From: Candidatus Binatia bacterium
Lineage (GTDB): Bacteria; Desulfobacterota; Binatia; Bin18
Direction of reading: 5' to 3'
Length of the DNA stretch: 64,000 bases
NCBI GenBank assembly: GCA_963422435.1
Contig: OY729511.1
Location: 728,103 to 792,102, forward strand
This document shows positions 57,599 through 64,000 of the stretch, one piece after another. The position numbers and the translations under genes are program-made. The number at the start of each line of letters is the position of its first letter. The stretch's first letter is position 1. Under the pieces are notes generated by a model. The model made no database searches, was not told where the DNA came from, and saw only the letters and a list, made by a program, of their open reading frames with translations.

Positions 57599-59344
57599 AT
57601 GTCAACCCCACTCGAACAATGGGTCGAAGAAACTGCCCAGCTCACGCGACCAAAGAATATTCACTGGTGTGACGGCTCGGAAGAAGAAAACCAACGCTTG
57701 ACTGAGGGGATGCTTGATGACGGGACCCTGACGGCGTTAAATCAGGAGAAATATCCGAACTGTTATTTACATCGGAGTGACCCCAAAGATGTGGCGCGTA
57801 CCGAGCACCTGACCTTTGTGTGCACGCGGGAGAAAGAAGACGCCGGGCCGAATAATAACTGGATGGCCCCAGCGGAGGCCAAGGAAAAAGTCGGTGGACT
57901 CTTTCGAGGAGCAATGAAGGGCCGCACGCTCTACGTCGTGCCGTATATCATGGGGCCCGTCACGTCGCCCTACAGTCAGGTTGGCGTAGAGATCACGGAC
58001 AGCCCCTACGTCGCAGCCAGTATGCGCATCATGACCCGCATGGGCAGGGCTGCACTTGAGCGGCTGGGCTCGTCAGAGCATTATGTCCAGGGTCTTCATT
58101 CGCTTGGAGACCTCAGCCCCGACCGCCGTTTCATCATGCACTACCCCGAAGACCGCGCGATCTGGTCCATTGGTTCCGGCTACGGTGGGAACGCGCTGCT
58201 TGGGAAAAAATGCTTCGCTCTGCGTCTGGGGAGCTATATGGCGCGTGAAGAGGGCTGGCTGGCCGAGCATATGCTGATCATCGGTATTGAGGAGCCGGAC
58301 GGACGCACGACGTATATCGCCGCCGCGTTCCCCAGCGCCTGCGGGAAAACGAATCTAGCCATGCTGATCCCGCCGAAGAGCCAAAAGGGCTATAAAGTCT
58401 GGACGGTAGGAGATGATATTGCCTGGATGCACCCCGGTCCGGACGGGCGGCTGTGGGCGATTAACCCCGAAGCCGGGTTTTTTGGCGTTGCGCCGGGAAC
58501 AAACTCGCACACCAATCCGAATGTCATGGCCACTGTTACGAAAAATTCCATTTTTACGAACGTCGCCCTCACCCCGGACGGCACCCCCTACTGGGAAGGC
58601 CTGGACGGAGGCCCGCCGGCCGAGGCGATCGACTGGCAGGGCAAACCCTGGACCCCCCAGTCCGAAGGCAAAGCCGCCCACCCCAACTCCCGTTTCACCA
58701 CGCCGGCCCGCCAGTGTCCGGTCATGTCTTCAGAGTGGGAATCCCCCCAAGGGGTCCCCATCTCGGCCTTTCTCTTTGGCGGCCGCCGCGCCGGTTTGAT
58801 CCCGCTCGTCTGTCAGTCTTTCAACTGGCAGCACGGGGTGTCGCTGGGCACGACGATGGCCTCTGAAACCACGGCCGCGGCGACCGGAAAAGTCGGGAAG
58901 ATCCGGCGCGATCCCATGGCCATGCTGCCCTTCTGTGGCTACAACATGGGCGACTATTTCGGCCATTGGCTCAATATGGGCAAAAAGCTCGCCGATCCGC
59001 CAAAAATTTTCCGGGTGAACTGGTTCCGGACAAATCAAGAGGGCAAATTTCTCTGGCCCGGCTTTGGAGAAAACCTGCGGGCGCTGCGCTGGGTTATTGC
59101 CCGGGTGCACGGTGAGGCTGAAGCTCGCGAGACCGAAATCGGCTATCTGCCGCATCCCAACGATATTGATACGACAGGGATTGATGTCTCGCCGGCGGTG
59201 CTCGACGAACTCCTCAGCCTGGATCGTCCGGGCTGGGTCAAAGCCGCAGAGAGTCAGCGCGAGTTCTTTCAGCAGTTTGGCGATCGACTCCCGCAGGCGC
59301 TCTGGCAAGAAAACGCGGCGCTGGATAAACGTCTGCAAGCCTGA
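57599..59344 (+). CDS. pckG: phosphoenolpyruvate carboxykinase (GTP)
   Basis: MSTPLEQWVEETAQLTRP...; AFPSACGKTNLAML kinase-1a motif; length ~580 aa. Confidence 0.9.
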   Translation: MSTPLEQWVEETAQLTRPKNIHWCDGSEEENQRLTEGMLDDGTLTALNQEKYPNCYLHRSDPKDVARTEHLTFVCTREKEDAGPNNNWMAPAEAKEKVGGLFRGAMKGRTLYVVPYIMGPVTSPYSQVGVEITDSPYVAASMRIMTRMGRAALERLGSSEHYVQGLHSLGDLSPDRRFIMHYPEDRAIWSIGSGYGGNALLGKKCFALRLGSYMAREEGWLAEHMLIIGIEEPDGRTTYIAAAFPSACGKTNLAMLIPPKSQKGYKVWTVGDDIAWMHPGPDGRLWAINPEAGFFGVAPGTNSHTNPNVMATVTKNSIFTNVALTPDGTPYWEGLDGGPPAEAIDWQGKPWTPQSEGKAAHPNSRFTTPARQCPVMSSEWESPQGVPISAFLFGGRRAGLIPLVCQSFNWQHGVSLGTTMASETTAAATGKVGKIRRDPMAMLPFCGYNMGDYFGHWLNMGKKLADPPKIFRVNWFRTNQEGKFLWPGFGENLRALRWVIARVHGEAEARETEIGYLPHPNDIDTTGIDVSPAVLDELLSLDRPGWVKAAESQREFFQQFGDRLPQALWQENAALDKRLQA

Positions 59345-59389
59345 CGAGGGATACGGTTGCAGCCCTGAGTCTCTCAGCCCCACGTCGTA

Positions 59390-60037
59390 ATGGTCCGCAT
59401 TACAAAAGTCTACACTCGGACGGGTGATAAGGGCTCGACTCGGCTCGTCGGGGGCAAAGAGATCGCCAAGGATGCAGCCCGCATCGAGGCATATGGGACG
59501 CTGGACGAACTGAACTCCGTTGTGGGTCTGGCCCGAGTATTCAATGACGAATTGAAGCCAGAGTTGCCGGCCGCCCAACATCTGGACGATATTCTCCGCC
59601 AACTCCAGAATGAACTATTCGACCTGGGGAGTGAACTGGCCACCCCCGCCGACTTCTCCTACGAGGGCATGTTTCGAGTCGGCGAGCCGGAGGTCAAGGG
59701 TCTCGAACGTCTCATCGATTCCTGCCAGAAAGACCTGGAACCCCTCAACTCTTTTATCTTGCCCGGCGGCGGCAAAGTGGGCGGCTTCCTGCATCAGGCC
59801 CGAACCGTCTGTCGGCGGGCTGAACGCGATATCCTGCGCCTCTCGCGCGAAGAAGAGCTGAGCCCCTGGCCGCTCAGGTATGTGAATCGACTCAGCGATC
59901 TGCTGTTCGTATTATCCCGCTGGGTGAGCCACAAGCTGGGAGAGCCGGAATATCTCTGGGAGCGTGGCCTGCGGAATAGTGAGCGGAAAGCTGCCCAGTC
60001 CGGCAGCGCGAAAAAACGCTCACCAAAGGAGACCTGA
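59390..60037 (+). CDS. cob(I)yrinic acid a,c-diamide adenosyltransferase, PduO-type
   Basis: MVRITKVYTRTGDKGSTRL N-terminus diagnostic of PduO/MMAB-type ATR. Confidence 0.8.
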   Translation: MVRITKVYTRTGDKGSTRLVGGKEIAKDAARIEAYGTLDELNSVVGLARVFNDELKPELPAAQHLDDILRQLQNELFDLGSELATPADFSYEGMFRVGEPEVKGLERLIDSCQKDLEPLNSFILPGGGKVGGFLHQARTVCRRAERDILRLSREEELSPWPLRYVNRLSDLLFVLSRWVSHKLGEPEYLWERGLRNSERKAAQSGSAKKRSPKET

Positions 60038-60720
60038 TGGTCGAGTCTTCCCTGTATTTCAAACAGATTGAAATTGGCCCCATGCAGAATTTCGCCTACC
60101 TGATTGGGGACACCGCCGCGCGTGAAGCGGTTGTGATCGACGCCGCCTGGGACATTCCGGCCATCATCCAGGCCGCGGAACACGACGGTTTCACCATTAC
60201 CCAAGCGCTGGTGACCCACTATCACCAGGATCATCTCGGCGGCGATTTGTTCGGCACCCACATCCAGGGCGTGGTTGAACTGCTCGAACAGGTGAAAGCC
60301 AAGGTGTATATCCACAAGGCCGAGTCCGAATTTCTGAGTCGTCTGGTCGGCTTGTCCGATTCCGACATCGTTCAGGTCGAGGGTGGTGATACGACCGACG
60401 TGGGTGCGATGACTATCAAGTTCATTCATACCCCCGGACATACGCCCGGCTCCCAATGTTTTCTGATCGGGAATCGTCTGGTGGCCGGTGATACGCTGTT
60501 TATCAACTCGTGCGGCCGGGTGGACCTGCCGGGCAGCAGTCCGGCAGACATGTACGCGAGTCTGCAAACGCTCTCCCAACTGGCGGACGAGACCGTTCTG
60601 TATCCCGGCCATAACTATGCTTCTCAACCCTGGGATACCCTGGGTGCCCAAAAACGTCATAATATGTATCTGCATCTCAGCGCCAGGGGGCGCCAGGAAT
60701 TTCTCGCGGCCCTGCGCTAA
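60037..60720 (+). CDS. MBL-fold metallo-hydrolase
   Basis: THYHQDHLGG metal-binding motif. Confidence 0.75.
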   Translation: MVESSLYFKQIEIGPMQNFAYLIGDTAAREAVVIDAAWDIPAIIQAAEHDGFTITQALVTHYHQDHLGGDLFGTHIQGVVELLEQVKAKVYIHKAESEFLSRLVGLSDSDIVQVEGGDTTDVGAMTIKFIHTPGHTPGSQCFLIGNRLVAGDTLFINSCGRVDLPGSSPADMYASLQTLSQLADETVLYPGHNYASQPWDTLGAQKRHNMYLHLSARGRQEFLAALR

Positions 60721-60740
60721 ACGGACACAAAGGAGCACGG

Positions 60741-61799
60741 GTGCGTATCCGGAAAAAGCGCGGCAATTTTCTCGAAGACTTCACGGTTGGTCAGTTGTTT
60801 CGGCATAAGGTCGGGAAAACCGTGACCGAAGGCTTGTTGAACGCCTTTACGGAATTCGGCATGACCACCAACCCGCTGTCGAAAAACCTGCGCTATGCCG
60901 AACAGTACGGTTTCCGCGGTCTGGTGGCCCCGCCCGGTCTGGTGATGAATATCGTCTTCAGCCAGAGCGTTGAAGATATTTCGGAAAATGCGCGGGCCAA
61001 TCTCGAATACCGCGACATGCGTTTTGGCGCTCCGGTGTATATCGGCGATACGATTGAGGTTGAGACGACCATCCTCGGCATCAAGCCTTCCTCACGGGAC
61101 CAGGACCGGGGCGTTGTCCACGTCCAGACGACCGGCCGGAACCAGCAGGGCGAAATCGTGCTGACCCTGCAACGTAAAGTCCAAATCTGGAAGGATAATA
61201 TGGACGCTCGGGTCGAAGAGGCGGCCCTGGATGATATTCCCCCTATCGCCTGCGACCTCGTTGTGCCGGAGTACGACAAGAGTCGGCGTTACGGAAACCT
61301 GGCTCACCTGGCCAATGCCGACACCTATTTCGAGGACTTTCAGCCTGGAGATACGCTCGAACATTCCCGTGGACGGACGGTGACCACGGCGCATATGGAA
61401 TGGACCGCTCTCTTGGATAACACCTCGCAGGTCCACTCCAATCAGTATCTGATAGACCAGAATCCCGCGCGCTATATTGGCGGTCAGTTGATAGTCTACG
61501 GCGGGATTCCGTTTAATCTCTGCCTGGGCCTATCCTGTCCTGACGTTGGCGATAATGCCGTCGGGGACGTCCGCTATGTGACCGGCCGACACACGGGCCC
61601 GGTTTTTGTTGGGGATACCGTCTTCGCCTCGACCGAAATAACCGGCAGCCGTGACTATCCCGGTCGGCCCGACCTGGGTCTTGTCGAGACCATCCTGCGC
61701 GGTCATAAATTTAGCCCAAAGGACGGGGCTGGGGAAAAGGTGGAGATTTTCTCTCTCGAACGTGAACTGGCCGTAAAACGACGCAGCCATTATACCTGA
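60741..61799 (+). CDS. MaoC-family double hot-dog dehydratase/hydratase (GTG start)
   Basis: Two hot-dog halves (VGKTVTEGLLNAFTEFG..., second half DTLEHSRGRTVTTAHMEW). Confidence 0.6.
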   Translation: MRIRKKRGNFLEDFTVGQLFRHKVGKTVTEGLLNAFTEFGMTTNPLSKNLRYAEQYGFRGLVAPPGLVMNIVFSQSVEDISENARANLEYRDMRFGAPVYIGDTIEVETTILGIKPSSRDQDRGVVHVQTTGRNQQGEIVLTLQRKVQIWKDNMDARVEEAALDDIPPIACDLVVPEYDKSRRYGNLAHLANADTYFEDFQPGDTLEHSRGRTVTTAHMEWTALLDNTSQVHSNQYLIDQNPARYIGGQLIVYGGIPFNLCLGLSCPDVGDNAVGDVRYVTGRHTGPVFVGDTVFASTEITGSRDYPGRPDLGLVETILRGHKFSPKDGAGEKVEIFSLERELAVKRRSHYT

Positions 61800-62118
61800 C
61801 CACCCCATCAAAGAGCGGCCCGCCGTGGTATAGTTCTCTGAACGTCCTTCTTGAGAATGAGCCGCGATGAAGAAGTATTACAAAAAGAAAAGCCCGCCTG
61901 CGCGTCAGTGGAATGAGCATCGTTGCTCTATTCCGTCAGCAAGAACAGCATCTCCTCAAGGGCGATTGCAACGTCTTCTATTCCTTCGGGTGTCACGTCT
62001 TCTTCCGCTTCCCTTGCTTCTTCGACTTCGAGGCTGAACGCCTGAGAGGCGGATTGACTCGTGCGCCTCCCTGTTGTTGGGTATAGACCCAATGCGAGAT
62101 CTACTGCTATGGAATTAA

Positions 62119-63546
62119 TTACTGAAGATGAACTGCAGGCACCAAATCCGTAGCCGTAATATCCGCGTACCGTGTTTCCGGTCGGTTCAGACAGAGCGTA
62201 CATACGGCATATACTACTGCCCCGGTGGAAAAGAGTGTATGGATTCCTGCGACGACCCCGCCTGCACCGAGGGAAACGCGCTGTGTATCGTCATACACGC
62301 ATTGGAGAGAAGCATCCCCCCGACAGACTTCCACACGGGGCAACCGATAGGTTTGCGTGGTGTGGCTATTGGTGAAGCGCCACGTCCCCAGGAATTGACC
62401 GACCCCACTGGTCGGCGGAGCGGTTCCGCCCCCTGGGGCCGTATACGCCGTCGCCACAAAGGACTGCGTTTCCTGCGACCACTGGAGGGTGGCCCGCTGG
62501 CCATTACTGAGAGTGGCGGTTCCCGAACCCGTCACCCCGCGTAAGAAATCCACGCCGGTTGTCACCACCCTGAACGTCGCTCGGTCGAACTCTACCCCAT
62601 TGTCGTACACCACCGCGGTATGCGTCCCATCATCTAGGCTGCTCCAATTCATGATGGCCACAAAGCCGTTGTTGGCATCGCCACACACGCCCCGGGTGTC
62701 GCCGCGTTCGCTCCCATACACAAGCGGCACCGCGCGGCCGCCATCAAAGCGGACGGTCAGACGGCCAGTGGCCTGGCATTTCCAGCCGGAAACCACGCCA
62801 ATGCCGGATTGCGTGCTGCTGGAACCCGGAATCCCCAATCTGCCCCTGCTCGCAGACCCCGTGGCGGCGTTGTCTGTGCTGCCATAGATAGTGCGCACCC
62901 CACTGATATCGTCCGTCTGGAGCCGGTCCACATCGCCAGACTTGGAGTTCATGATCGAATTCACGGACTGTCCATGCTCGTCCGGATGGTCGAGACCCAG
63001 CACATGGCCGAACTCATGGAGCGCCACGCGGTGGAAATCAACCTCGCCAAAGCGCTGTGGACCCGAGTAGGTAGTCCAGTCTTGGTTGGCATTAAAAAGT
63101 ACATCAGTGTCGACGAGTTTGCCCGAACTGAGGCCCCAGTTGATCGTGACGGCCAGCACGCTGTTGCCAAAGGCCACGCCGCAGTTTGTATCCGCCCAGA
63201 CGACGGTGGTGAGGCTATCCACCTGGCTGCTGGTACACGCCACGCTGGCCGGCCTGCTGGGCGACTGGATGCGAAACGTGAACGCGCTCCCGGCGGCATC
63301 CCACCGCGCGGCCGCATCCTTTGCGGCATCATCCCAGCACGGTCCCCAGTGGGTCAGCGGCCGGGTCGGACAGCCCAGACGCAGATTCAGGGTGGCCTGG
63401 GAGTGAGACCAGAATACGTCCGATCCGCTCGGGGTGGTGGCGCGAACATGGGCCCGGCTGTCATGCAGCGGCCAGGTCAGGGTCAGCAGGAAGGCGACAA
63501 GAAGGAACAGCATTCTCTTACTGCCCATGACGCACCTCCTGCTCAA
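62119..63546 (-). CDS. secreted metzincin-type zinc metalloprotease with C-terminal Cys-containing domain
   Basis: HEFGHVLGLDHPDE (HExxHxxGxxH) then a Met-turn region; signal peptide MLFLLVAFLLTLTWP; C-terminal VSGWKCQATG...GVCGD domain related to the N-terminal repeats of the 36462..39005 protein. Confidence 0.7.
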   Translation of the reverse strand: MSRRCVMGSKRMLFLLVAFLLTLTWPLHDSRAHVRATTPSGSDVFWSHSQATLNLRLGCPTRPLTHWGPCWDDAAKDAAARWDAAGSAFTFRIQSPSRPASVACTSSQVDSLTTVVWADTNCGVAFGNSVLAVTINWGLSSGKLVDTDVLFNANQDWTTYSGPQRFGEVDFHRVALHEFGHVLGLDHPDEHGQSVNSIMNSKSGDVDRLQTDDISGVRTIYGSTDNAATGSASRGRLGIPGSSSTQSGIGVVSGWKCQATGRLTVRFDGGRAVPLVYGSERGDTRGVCGDANNGFVAIMNWSSLDDGTHTAVVYDNGVEFDRATFRVVTTGVDFLRGVTGSGTATLSNGQRATLQWSQETQSFVATAYTAPGGGTAPPTSGVGQFLGTWRFTNSHTTQTYRLPRVEVCRGDASLQCVYDDTQRVSLGAGGVVAGIHTLFSTGAVVYAVCTLCLNRPETRYADITATDLVPAVHLQ

Positions 63547-64000
63547 TCAGTTGCAGAAATGTCTCCAGCGGCATGGCCACGTCCCCCGTCTCTTTCTGGG
63601 CGTGGGTGCTGAGCGATTCGTCATGGACGATGCCCCCCTGGGTCTGGACCATTGGCAACGTCGTGAGCGGCTGGCCCGCATGAGTGGCGATCGTCTCAAT
63701 CTCTCGCTCGGGATCAAACACGACCCGATACACCCCCTGCCACATCCCCACCAGCGGCACAGCGTTGGTCTCGTTGCCGGTCACGAATACGACCGCCCGT
63801 TCTCCCAACTGGAACTGCGGCGTCCCGGCAATCTGCATGATGAGACCGTCAGGCGTCGGGCCACCTAAAAAATGCAGGGTCAGTTCGCTCCGGCTCGTGT
63901 CTCCTTTTGAGACTTCGAGAGCGGAGAAGGTCACGAGGGTGAAGGGCGCTTCTTTCTCTGCGTCCCACTCCGTCTCAATGGCAGAGACAGTGCCGACGGC
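63518..64000 (-). CDS. hypothetical protein, N-terminus beyond window end
   Basis: The open frame continues to the window edge upstream of the GTG at 63932-63934; no domain recognised. Confidence 0.3.
   Translation of the reverse strand, partial: AVGTVSAIETEWDAEKEAPFTLVTFSALEVSKGDTSRSELTLHFLGGPTPDGLIMQIAGTPQFQLGERAVVFVTGNETNAVPLVGMWQGVYRVVFDPEREIETIATHAGQPLTTLPMVQTQGGIVHDESLSTHAQKETGDVAMPLETFLQLIEQEVRHGQ

Overview
This 64-kb window is a GC-rich (~60-65%) chromosomal segment from a diderm (Gram-negative-type) bacterium. Two findings stand out. A two-domain rhodanese (8504-9325) has an in-frame TGA exactly at the catalytic cysteine codon, followed by a stem-loop, and the window also encodes the selenocysteine elongation factor SelB (46989-48896), so this is a candidate selenoprotein. 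An apparent defence island at ~19.4-30.3 kb opens with a PLD(HKD)-SNF2 helicase (1110 aa) next to an MmeI/PglX-like N6-adenine methyltransferase (~1170 aa). That pairing does not match canonical BREX, DISARM or Type ISP gene sets. Downstream of the methyltransferase are three decayed copies of its C-terminal tail. They are separated by small cargo modules on lower-GC DNA: a frameshifted Panacea-domain gene with a 2-TM partner, a 3-TM protein with a ThsB-like TIR protein, and an FRG-TPR gene with an amber stop. I also see a separate two-gene module at 4577-6426, an AAA_21-like ABC ATPase overlapping a DUF4276-like Toprim-like protein (split-OLD/PARIS/AbiL-like), and a low-GC islet at 9.9-11.9 kb with an XRE HTH and an orphan methyltransferase. 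The rest of the window is housekeeping: bamA-skp-fabZ-lpxA-lpxI, lolCDE, a fused acyl-CoA carboxylase (1130 aa), pckG, folK, a tRNA-Ala(GGC), and a penicillin-acylase gene running off the window start. No CRISPR array, rRNA or integrase/transposase was found. Everything is read by eye from the sequence and the ORF track, so family assignments are motif-based and need HMM/BLAST confirmation.
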